The translations under genes and the position numbers were made by a program. A DNA stretch of 64,000 nucleotides from Vicugna vicugna (lineage: Eukaryota), in contig MU058532.1 of assembly GCA_013265495.1 (NCBI GenBank), positions 159,902 to 223,901 of the forward strand, written 5' to 3'. Under the pieces are notes generated by a model that saw nothing but the letters and a program-made list of their open reading frames with translations, did not search any database and was not told where the DNA came from. Below are positions 51,598 to 61,984 of the stretch, in pieces. Every line of letters starts with the position of its first letter. Position 1 is the first letter of the stretch.

Positions 51598-52075
51598 ATG
51601 ATACCCTATCACCCAGCAGTTCTACTCTTGGGTTTGTCTGTCCCCTCCCTGAAATACATAGCAGAAAATATTTCCGTCAGCATTGTTTATAATAGTGAAA
51701 ATCAAAAACAACCCAAATGTCTCTCAATAGAACAAATTGCGACATATTCATTCACTGGAATCTTCCACAGCAAGAGTATGTCATGTGCAATCATATAAAT
51801 GAATCCCATAAATGTAAAGCTGAACAAAAGAAGCCAGAAACAGGAACACACACTGTATAAGTTTTTACCTTAAAGTTAAAAACAGGCAAAAGTAAGTCAA
51901 GGTATTAGAAGTGAGGCAGTGATGGCTTTTGGAAAGGAATCCTGCCTGGCGCGGGGTCATGCTGTTTTGCCTTCATCTGGGTGGAATGATGTGGGTGTGT
52001 TCCTCTTGTGCAAACACACTGGGCTGTACACACGCTGGCGCATTTTTTGGTGTATCTGTTATATGTCAACAAAAG
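51598..52075 (+). mobile_element. Old L1 (L1ME-like) 3' fragment
   Basis: ATACCCTATCACCCAGCAGTTCTACTCTTGGG...CAGCATTGTTTATAATAG...AAAAGAAGCCAG. Confidence 0.6.
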
Positions 52076-52748
52076 GTTATTTTTGAAAAGGAAGAGGTGA
52101 ACTCTGGGGTCTCCATCACTCCAAATAAAATCTGTTGTGTATTTTAAAGGAGTACATTTAACGAATTCAGGTTTTAACATCCTTCCCTCCCCAACACACA
52201 CACACACTCACACTGCATTCACTTTGTGCATGATCTCATTAAAAATACAAGTCAGTGCCAAGGCCAATGGTACTCATCCCACTACCCAGAACCACCCGGG
52301 CGCCAGCAACAGTCCTACAGAAACCATCTTACTTCCTGTTTATAGCAACTGGCAAGCAGACCATTATTGTCCCCATTTCAATGTTGAGGGGAAGGGAGGT
52401 TCAGTGACCCCCCCAGGCCTGGTCACTAGCCCCCTCCTCAGTGCTTTTCCTTGGAGGCCCACGACCTCTCTGAAGATCAGGAGGCTTAAAGCAGACCTGC
52501 CTTTCCCAGGAATGATCTTTACTTACATACAGTGGATAACAAGATGCAGCCTTTCGGGTCATCGCTTGGTGTACAGCACAACAGAGGAGGGGACACTGGT
52601 CACTCTGACCGGGGAATATGGGCTCTCCTCTCTCTCTGGCCCCTCCACCAGACCCCAGGGGACTGACACTTCAGGAAGCTGCTCCTTTGGGTTTCCTTGT
52701 CAGTTTTGTTTTTAAGCACTATCCAGGAGAATCTGACAGTCTCATCCA

Positions 52749-53160
52749 CAATAGACACATGCATCATTCCCACCTTTTGGCTCTTGTGTATAATGTTTCC
52801 GTGAACACTGGTGTGCAAGTGTCTGAATTCCTAATTTCCGTTCTAGTGCATATATTTCTTAGAGTGGAATTGCTGGGTCTTGTGATAATTCTACGCTGCA
52901 CCTTTTGAGAGGCCACAAAATTGTTTTCCGTAGCATTTGGATTCCCACCAGCAATAAAGGAAGGCTCCAGTTCCTCTGCCTCCTCACCAACACTTGCTAT
53001 TTTCCTTCTTTTCCTTTTTTTATTATAATTATCCTAAAGGGTGTAAAGTGGTATCTCATTGTGGTTTGATTTGTGCTTCTTTGATGACTGGTCATGTGGG
53101 GCATTTTCCTGGGCTTATTGCCCATTTGCACTTCTTCTTTGGAGAAATCTCTATTCCAGG
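52749..53160 (-). mobile_element. Old L1 ORF2-end fragment, inverted relative to its continuation at 53591-53768
   Basis: Minus ORF contains TTMRYHFTP; first 146 bp are an inverted copy of 53591-53736. Confidence 0.8.
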
Positions 53161-53590
53161 CCTTCGTGTGGTGCACATTGCCTTGCCTTATCCTGAATTC
53201 CATTATCTTCTTTGTTAAACAGAACCCCCACTCTGCTCAGGTCTCTCCCTCTGGGAAGGTGATCCTGTCCTCAGTTCAGGGTAAATCCTAAACTCTAGTC
53301 TATAAACCAGCCACAGCAATCCATTCCCCTTGCTGTTTCAGGGTGGGTAAGTTCTGGCCAAGGAGATGTGAAAGGAAGCTTACAGGAGACTTCTGAGAAA
53401 GACTCTGCACAGCTAAAAAGTGCACAAGGAAAAGGCAGTCTTTTTTCTTCTGGATATTGTTATTGTTTTTGGTGAGATGCCTGGAACTGTGCAGCCATCT
53501 TGAGACCAAGAGGGCAGTTGTCTGTAGGTACAAAGCTAACCTGTAGAAGGTAGCAGAGCAGAAAGAGGAAGGTCTCTGGTCTCCAGTGGT

Positions 53591-53768
53591 GTAGAATTAT
53601 CACAAGACCCAGCAATTTCACTCTAAGAAATATATGCACTAGAATGGAAATCAGGAATTCAGATACTTGCACACCAGTGTTCACGGAAACATTATATGCA
53701 AGAGCCAAAAGGTGGAAATGATGCATGTGTCTATTGACAGGTGAATGGATAAACAAAAGGCAGTATCT
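53591..53768 (+). mobile_element. Old L1 3' fragment
   Basis: GACCCAGCAATTTCACTCT...GTGAATGGATAAACAAAA. Confidence 0.8.
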
Positions 53769-54520
53769 GAAGGATAACAGAAAATATATATATATTTGTC
53801 TCTGCCCCCTGGTTCCTGGCACAGAGCTCCTAAAATCCTTAAGAGCACTAGGAATATCTTTTGTTCTAACAAGACAATGCTGGGTGGGTGTCTGGCTGGC
53901 TCCTGGATGGGAGCTGGCCACCAGCAAGATGTAGCCATGATTAAAAGCTTGAACTTTTTAGCCCTACTCCCACCCCATCTTCCAGAGAGGGGATAGGACC
54001 TGGGAAGGGAGTTAATAATGGCTCATTCCTACAGGAGGCAGCCTTCATAAATCCCAACAGTAGAGGTTTGGAGAGCTTCCAGGCTGGTGAACACATTCAT
54101 ACCCAGAGGGTGATGTGCTCCAGCTCCTCGGGGACAGGAGGTCCTGCACTCAGGACCCGTCCAGACCTCACCCTATGTATCTCTTCATCTGTTATTCATC
54201 TGTATCCTTCATCAGGTCCTTGCAAACCTAAGTAAGTGTTCCCTTGATTTTTTTGAGCCTCTCTGGCAAATTAATCACACTAGAGAAAGGGTTCATGGAA
54301 CCTTTCAGTTTGTAACCAGGTTGGACAGACATTGTGGGCAGCCTGGGGCTTAATAATTACAATCTGAAATAGGGGGCAGTCTCGTGGGGCTGAGCCCTTA
54401 ACCTGGGGGATCTGACACTCTCTCCTGGTAGGTTGTATCAGAATCGAGTAAAGTTATAGGACATCCAGCTGATGTCACAGAGAATTGCTCGGTGTGGGGA
54501 AAACCCTTACACATTTGGCC
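53769..54520 (+). mobile_element. MER21-like LTR
   Basis: GGTTCCTGGCACAGAGCTCCTAAAATCCTT...GAGAGCTTCCAGGCTGGTGAACAC...CTGAGCCCTTAACCTGGGGGATCTGACACT...GGTGTGGGGAAAACCC. Confidence 0.7.
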
Positions 54521-54840
54521 CTAACTGCCCAGGACCAGGTACAGGACAACGAGGGACAGTCCTGCACACCCGAGTCTGCTGGACTCATTCAAACCAGCCA
54601 GTCGTGAGTGTGCTGAGCCTGCCTCGCCTGTTCCTCCCCATGGAAATCACAGCAAAGGCTCTTGCCCACCTTTCCCTGCCTCTCCTGTCTCCTGACCACC
54701 CTGGTGCTTCTCCTCATGGCCCTGCATGCCACGCCTCCTCTTTCTAGAGATCTGTGAGTGTAAAAATGTCCTCCTTCATGACAGTCATTTCCCTGTCTGC
54801 TTGCCTTGCCACACCTGAGTAAAACAAACCCTGAATACAT
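54521..54840 (+). mobile_element. Probable ERV1-type LTR fragment
   Basis: TTCAAACCAGCCA...GGAAATCACAGCAAAGGCTCTTGCCC...GTGAGTGTAAAAATGTC...GAATACA; family uncertain. Confidence 0.4.
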
Positions 54841-55297
54841 TTTAAAACAGATTCCCTAAGAATATGTCTGTGAACTTCCAGGGATTTGGAAAACCCCAAT
54901 GTCCCAGAAAGAACATAGTCCTCAAAATCAGGAGCACGGGTTGATGCCCTAAGCTTTCCTGCCCAAACTCCATCCAGCCTAGTGGCATCCTCACAGGACA
55001 TTAAAAGACATAAAAGTCTATGTGAAAGTCCTTGAGTTTATCACGAATACTGGATACGTGTAATTTTATTGCTGAGCATGGTGTCTTCCTTCTTGCTGTG
55101 AGGGAAAGGGCCATGCGGCATGCTTTGGGGTTACTCCCCACCCCGTGTCTCCGATCCCTCTACCAGTCCCAGGCTCTACTAGACCAGCTATGTGGTGTCC
55201 ACATATAGAGTGGCAGTGGCCTCCCATGAAATTCAAGGGTGTCCCCATCAAGCGGGAGGGTTGGGCATCTGCTGAAATCATTTATGAGGGCTCCTTA

Positions 55298-56332
55298 ATC
55301 TTTTTTTTTTAAACATTTTTCATTGATTTATAATCATTTTACAATGTTGTGTCAAATTCCAGTGTAGAGCACAATTTTTCAGTCATACGTGAACATGTAT
55401 ATATATTCACTGTCACATCACATNNNNNNNNNNNNNNNNNNNNNNNNNNNNNNNNNNNNNNNNNNNNNNNNNNNNNNNNNNNNNNNNNNNNNNNNNNNNN
55501 NNNNNNNNNNNNNNNNNNNNNNNNNNNNNNNNNNNNNNNNNNNNNNNNNNNNNNNNNNNNNNNNNNNNNNNNNNNNNNNNNNNNNNNNNNNNNNNNNNNN
55601 NNNNNNNNNNNNNNNNNNNNNNNNNNNNNNNNNNNNNNNNNNNNNNNNNNNNNNNNNNNNNNNNNNNNNNNNNNNNNNNNNNNNNNNNNNNNNNNNNNNN
55701 NNNNNNNNNNNNNNNNNNNNNNNNNNNNNNNNNNNNNNNNNNNNNNNNNNNNNNNNNNNNNNNNNNNNNNNNNNNNNNNNNNNNNNNNNNNNNNNNNNNN
55801 NNNNNNNNNNNNNNNNNNNNNNNNNNNNNNNNNNNNNNNNNNNNNNNNNNNNNNNNNNNNNNNNNNNNNNNNNNNNNNNNNNNNNNNNNNNNNNNNNNNN
55901 NNNNNNNNNNNNNNNNNNNNNNNNNNNNGGCCATTCTGACTGGTGTGAGATGATACCTCATTGTAGTTTTGATTTGCATTTCTCTGATAGTTAGTGATAT
56001 TGAGCATTTTTTCATGTGCCTATTGATCATTTGTATGTCTTCCTTGGAGAATTGCTTGTTTAGGTCTTTTGCCCATTTTGGGATTGGGTTGTTGGTTGTT
56101 TCATATTAAGTCATATGAACTGCTTATATATTCTGGAGATCAAACCTTTGTCGGTTTCATTTGTAAAAATTTTCTCCCACTCCATAGGTTGTCTTTTTGT
56201 TTTACTTCTGGTTTCCTTTGCTGTGCAGAAGCCTGTAAGTTTAATTAGGTCCCATTTGTTTATTCTTGCTTTTGTTTCTATTGCTTGAGTAGACTGTTCT
56301 AGGAGAACATTTTTGAGATCTATGTCAGATGC
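55298..56332 (-). mobile_element. Young 5'-truncated L1 spanning an assembly gap
   Basis: T tail at 55301; minus ORF ETKARINKWDLIKL...WEKIF (L1 ORF2); TSD GCTCCTTA at 55290-55297 and 56333-56340. Confidence 0.9.
55424..55928. other. Assembly gap (N run)
   Basis: Run of N. Confidence 1.
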
Positions 56333-56994
56333 GCTCCTTATTTTTGAAGTGTCATGACAAAGCCTCTCTCTCCCATGGAACAGAAACAAAACACGTCACA
56401 CTGTCTGCACAAGCCAAGTCCTCTGGTCTACTCAGCTCTGCAATTGGAACACAAGCTCAGCCTGTAAGAATGAGACATGACAGGGCACCGAGAAGCCCAC
56501 AAGAAAAGAGACCCTGTGCAACTGAACAGTGGGAAAGTGCAGGAAGCCTACACAAAAATGTAACTGTGGCTTACGTGAAAGTTCTCTGGAGTCTACACAC
56601 CTGGAGCGTACCTCCCAGGTCTCCTGCTGTGCCCAGTACAGCGGGTCCTCTCTTTTCTCACCTTCCTGCCAGGACAGGAGCCAGGTCTGAGGGAGCTTCG
56701 AGCTGCTGGGAACAGAGATGGGGGATCCTGAGGCAGAAAGTGAATGTGTTTTCTTTTTCAACCTTCATTAAAATTGACACACAGACACATACATATGACA
56801 GAAAATAAAGAGGCTACTGACAATGTTTTTCATACTTTTAATTATTATAAGAAATGATTATCTTAACAATTTCTATGTATCTTCCCCCCATTTGTTATGT
56901 TTTATTTACTAAAAATTGTCAGTTTTTTCCATTCCTTTAGTTTCAACCTGTTTATATTTTGCTTTTGTCTTGTTCTAGATAATTACATGCTAAC

Positions 56995-57117
56995 TTCTCC
57001 CTCCCCCTCTTTCCTTCCTTCCTTTCTCTTTCTTTCCTTCTTCCTTCTTGTTCCTTTTTGTTCCTTCCTTCCTTCCTGCCTTTTTCTTTCTTCCTTTCTT
57101 TTTCTCTTTTGTTCTTC
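56995..57117 (+). repeat. Polypyrimidine (TTCC/CTTT) simple repeat
   Basis: TTCCTTCCTTCCTTTCTCTTTCTTTCC... Confidence 0.85.
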
Positions 57118-59801
57118 TGACAGGAGAGTTTGCTCCCTCCTGTCCGAAGCGAGGGGGCAGCTCAGAGTGGACCCTGCTGGGCTCAGTTTCCTACTTCGGT
57201 CCCTAAACTGCACAAGAGAAACCCTCTCCCTCCTTCTGCCGTCCCTTTCACCTCTTTCCCATCCTTGGCCCCAACGCCACACTTGTAGTGATCCCCAATA
57301 GGAGTGCGTTGTAATTAGTGGATACTAAAAAAAATCTGAAAAGAACAATAGATACAAATTTATCTGTACTAAAGTACCAAATGTGGGGACTGATTTCTGT
57401 CCACTTGCGTCTCTTGAGCTTAAGTAGCACGTGACTTCAAAGCGTCTGCGTCCACCAGAGCCGCCTTCTGTGAGGAGAATGAAGGGGATTCCTAGACCAA
57501 AGGCAGAGGGGCAAGAGTGCGCAGACGGAGGGGGCAGGAGCAAAGGGGGCCTCAGTACAGCCAGAGAAATTGTACCCCTCTGGGTGGGAGGGGCGAGGCA
57601 GCAGGAGCCAGCCTTTCCCTGCCGACCACTGGGGCTACCACCAGGCGGCTTCCAGTAAGCACAGCTGTAAAGGGTCCTTCATTGCTGATGACTCACAACG
57701 AGGCTTTGCACTTCCCAGCCCAGGGTCCGGTCTTGGTCCTTCTCCCAGCCTTGGTCACAGATTCCTTCTGTGGGTGCAGGAAGACATTTTAGGCTGTGCA
57801 CTCCTTGGGGATCACTTCATTGCCCAGTCTTTGGCCTCATGTTTCAGAACATCCACTGAAGTCACAGAGGAGTGTACCAGAAATGCATCCTCTGCTGGGT
57901 CCTGTCACTTACACGGAAGCAGCTCTCAGAATTCCCCCAATCTCGGAAGGCAGTGATTTCTCAGTTCCTACTGCCCAACTGGACCTAAACGGAGCCTCCC
58001 CTGCCCCCAGGGGCACAGTTTTGCTCTCCAGGGCGCACACAGTCAGGAAGCTGAGCCAGCCCAGGCCATCAGGGCCAGGAGTCCAGGGAACAACCCAGAC
58101 TCTGCAGCACTTCCCAGGGCCCGGGCGCCACGTGTTTGGGGAGACTCAGTAAAGGTCACTGGCACAGCAGTTGAGCAGATCTCCACTTTCCAGAAAGGGG
58201 GAAGGTCTCAGAGGTCCTGAGACCTGCACCCAAGAGCGGTCCTGGCTTAGAGATCAAAGGTCCTCCCTCCAAGTGTTCCCAATGGGGAAGTGCTTGGAGT
58301 TCTGTGAAATTCCCCTGCTTCCACAAAGAGGAGACAGGCTGAGTCACAGGGAAAAGGGCAGCGTGGGGGTGGGGTGAGTATCCACTACAGATCACCTGTT
58401 AGCACAAGGAGGAGGGCAGACTCCATCCCTGGAGAGTGGGCTCAGCCCTGGCCCTGCCTCACCTAAGCTCTACTACCCGGGTAAGTTCCTGAAACTTCTG
58501 GAGTTCTGGCTTCTCATTTGAAAGATGAGATAGTAATGTCTCCCTTTATTCAGTTATCATGAAGATTAAATAACATTATGCATTTGGAGCAGTCAGTATA
58601 CTGGCCATGGTAAGTGGCTCAGTAAATAACAGTTGTTGGTAGAAGTAACAGCACAGAAAACCCCTAAGACCTGGATGAGTCTCAGAAGTGGGGAATCTTA
58701 GATGAGAATAAACACCAGGGGTCACTAGTCCATCCTCCTCCAAAGTCCACAGTGCTCTGAGAGGGAGGTGGGACTCCTGCCTTCTCTGCCCTGCCCCAGC
58801 CTCTGTTTTCCAAGCAGCCAGCTCTCTGGGAATAAAACCACAGGCTTGGGTGATCTTGCTCAAGCTTAGAATGTAGCCCTTCTGCTGATAGGCCGAGTCA
58901 ATGTGACAGTCTTCACCACTTAAATTTCATCTTATATTTTTCACTTACTGCACATGTCTCTTGTGTCTCCAGCTGTAGTTGAGAACTAGGCTTGTACCAC
59001 ATCCAGGCCTCCCCACCTCTGATCCTGCGCTGGTTTGTCTTTTCTGAGACTCGCCGTTAGCTTGAAACACTATTTTGCATTTCACTGGAGCTTAACCAAT
59101 TATCCATTTTCTTGGTCCCAAAGATAATCTTCTTCTTGTTCTGAGAAACTTCTTCCTGTCAAGATAAAGGGGAAAGGTTCGAGACCGTCTCCTGATTATT
59201 TGGCAACCCTAGTTTTTGAAGTGGTTGGGCCAATTCTAGAATTACTATCAAGGAGGGTTTTAGGGGCACCAGTTGGATTGGGAAAGACATTAAGGAATTT
59301 ATCTCCAAGATGGGATTGCATAGCAAGTCCATTGCTTTTTTAAACTTCTTTTTCACTTTTATTTGGCAGACATTGGAGGTTATGGGGGAGAGAAGTCTAA
59401 AGAGCTCCATGAGCAAGACATCAGATAATGCCAGTATCACTAGAAGTAAATATTTTAATTCTTAAAATTTTAAGTCTAATCCCTTCCCCATTGTATTAGT
59501 TACCTACTGCTACGTGACAGATTCCCCCAATACGTAGTCCTTAAATAACATGTGTTTATTAGCTCACAGTATCTTTGGGCCAGGAATTGGGAAATGGCTT
59601 AGCTCACAGTCTCTCTTCAGGCTGCAGTAAAGATGTTGGTGAAGCCTTCACTCATGTGACACTCAGACTGGGGTCCATTTCCAAGATGGCTCCCCTATAC
59701 GGATGTTGGCAGGAGGCCTCAGTGGCTCAATAGGGGAGCTCTCCAGGAGTTGCGTGGCTGTCTTCATGACATGCCAATGGCTTTCTCCAGAGCAAATGAA
59801 C

Positions 59802-60491
59802 CGTAACAGAAAAGAACAAATCAGACTCCCTATTAGATCTGTTCCTTTGGCTTTAAACAGTGCTCTGTTTCTTGGGCTTTGCCTTCTTGGCTCTGCACCT
59901 TTTGTGAAAGAATGTTACCTATAGCCTGAAATATACAGCATAGTCTATTCTTAAGGCTCTAGCCTTTAAGGATATTAACACTTTTCCATTCATATAAAGA
60001 TAAGATGTTGTAGAATAAAAAAATAATGTTTGTTTTGTCAGAGGTTTTACAGGGACAGCATGACCTGACCCACGTAGATAGTTGCAAAAACAAAGGATTC
60101 CTACACCAAGAGGTTTGCAACAACCAACCACACCACCCACCCCCTTAGTATAAAAGGAGCTTGAGGGGGTAGAGGGTATAGCTCAGTGGTAGAGTGCAGG
60201 CCTAGCATGCACAAGGTCCTGGGTTCAATCCCCAGTACCTCCATTAAATAAACAGATGTGTAAACTTATTACCTATGCCCCCCCAACTGAAAAATTAAAT
60301 AAATAAAAAAATTAAAAAAAAAAAAGGAGCTTGAATTCTGAATAGGGTAAGATGGTTCTCCAGGACATTAGTTTGCCATCTTCTCAGTTTGCTGGCCTTC
60401 TGAATAAAGCTACCATTCCTTGCGCCAACACCTCTTCTCCTGATTTATTTCTTGGCCTGCAGTGAGCAGAACCAGTTTGGACTTGGTAACA
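59802..60491 (+). mobile_element. Solo LTR, ERV1-type, containing a SINE
   Basis: (C)GTAACAG...GGTAACA termini; TATAAAA at 60149-60155; AATAAA near 60403; imperfect TSD GAAC/GAGC. Confidence 0.75.
60165..60321 (+). mobile_element. tRNA-Ala-derived SINE (camelid Vic-1-like)
   Basis: GGGTATAGCTCAGTGGTAGAG...GGTCCTGGGTTCAATCCCCAGTACCTCCA head, A tail, 13-bp TSD AAAAGGAGCTTGA at 60152-60164 and 60322-60334. Confidence 0.92.
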
Positions 60492-60505
60492 GAGCCAGAG
60501 AGAGG

Positions 60506-61155
60506 ACAAGGAGGAAGCCCAAAGCCTTTTATCACATAGTCTCAGTGGTCTTAGCCCTGGCATTAGCCTTGCTCTAATTTGTTAGAAGCAAGTCACTAAG
60601 TGTCCGGCACACACTCTGGGGAGGAAAATTGTGCTCTCCTTTTTGAAAGGATGGGTGTAAAAGAATCTGGGGACATATTTTTAAACCACCAACCCACAAT
60701 TAGCAAAATCAGCAAGGACTGGGGAGGGTCCCATGCATCTGACTTACCCAGAGCCGGTATTTCAGAAGTTGTATCATTCAGGATGGGCTCCTGGAAAAAA
60801 CCATCCTCAAATCTGAGTGGCTCAACCCTGACAAGGAGGAAGCCCAAAGCCTTTTATCACATAGTCTCAGTGGTCTTAGCCCTGGCATTAGCCTTGCTCT
60901 AATTTGTTAGCAGCAAGTCACTAAGAGTCCGGCACACACTCTGGGGAGGAAAATTGTGCTCTCCTGTTTGAAAGGATGGGTGTAAAAGAAACTGGGGACA
61001 TATTTTTAAACCACCAACCCACAATTAGCAAAATCAGCAAGGACTGGGGAGGGTCCCATGCATCTGACTTACCCAGAGCCGGTATTTCAGAAGTTGTATC
61101 ATTCAGGATGGGCTCCTGGAAAAAACCATCCTCAAATCTGAGTGGCTCAACCCTG
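60506..61155 (+). repeat. Tandem duplication, 325-bp unit x2
   Basis: ACAAGGAGGAAGCCC...GGCTCAACCCTG at 60506-60830 and 60831-61155; about 4 substitutions. Confidence 0.95.
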
Positions 61156-61503
61156 GGAAGTTTGATCTCACTCTTGCTCTAACATTAGCTAGGAGTGGCT
61201 TTGTTCATTGCCACAACTCAGGAACCAAAGATGACACAAGCTCCACCTTAACACGTGATTCCGCAGTTGCCAGGGCAGGAGGAGGATACGGCAAACCTTG
61301 GCTTTCATAAGTTTCAATCTGGAAGCAATGCGCATCATACACATGTGGGCCAGAGCAAGTCACATGGTCTAACTTCAGAAGGGAGGGGAGTCTGGGGGAC
61401 AGGGAGCCAGAACACTTGCTAACATACAGTATTGATCTTTATCACCTCTATCTGACTCTACTTGGTACTATTACAATTAAAAATATCAAAATGCAAGAGC
61501 AAG

Positions 61504-61984
61504 TATAACTAAGCAGGACCCTCCAGGGTCAAATCCTTCCCCATGTCCTCTGGGCAGCCTCTTGCTTAAGCACCCAGATAATAGTATCTCGTGCATATTT
61601 CCTGAGTTTTTCAGATACTAAAAACCACCACCAAAGGGAAGAAATTAACTACTTGATGATCAAGGGCATGTGGCCCTCAGGCCTTCTGGCTTCCAGGGGG
61701 TGATAGTGTTGATGCCCTGTTCCCTGCACATCAACCAGTCAGAGGGCTGTGCACGAGCTGATCAAGCATCCTGCGATGGCACTCCCCTCCCCCTTCCCCT
61801 GGCCTTTAAATAAGCTTTGCTAAAAGCATTCGGGGTGTTCCATGTTTTCTTGGGCCTGAGCCACTCCGTCCTCCTTGCTCGGCCTTGCAATCAACATTCT
61901 CTGCTCTTCTCTGCTCCAAACTCTGATGTTTCAGTTTGTTAGGTCTCATGGTGTGGCAGGCACATGAACTTGCCTTCTGCAACA
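61504..61984 (+). mobile_element. Solo LTR, ERV1-type (same family as 23560-24029)
   Basis: TATAACTAAGCAGGACCCT...GAACTTGCCTTCTGCAACA; 4-bp TSD CAAG at 61500-61503 and 61985-61988. Confidence 0.85.

Larger units (their letters stand above)
59492..60691 (-). mobile_element. MLT1-type MaLR LTR split by an ERV1 LTR insertion
   Basis: TGTATTAGTTACCTACTGCT...GCTCACAGT...CCAAGATGGCTC...CCAGAGCAAATGA, resuming at 60492 ...AAGCAAGTCACTAAG...TTTTAAACCACCA. Confidence 0.7.

Noticed and set aside
55339..56030. ~200-aa ORFs
   Set aside because: Artefacts of translating through the N gap within an L1.
60172..60243. tRNA-Ala gene (also 40711-40781)
   Set aside because: Diverged stems, SINE tail, A tail and TSD show these are SINE heads.
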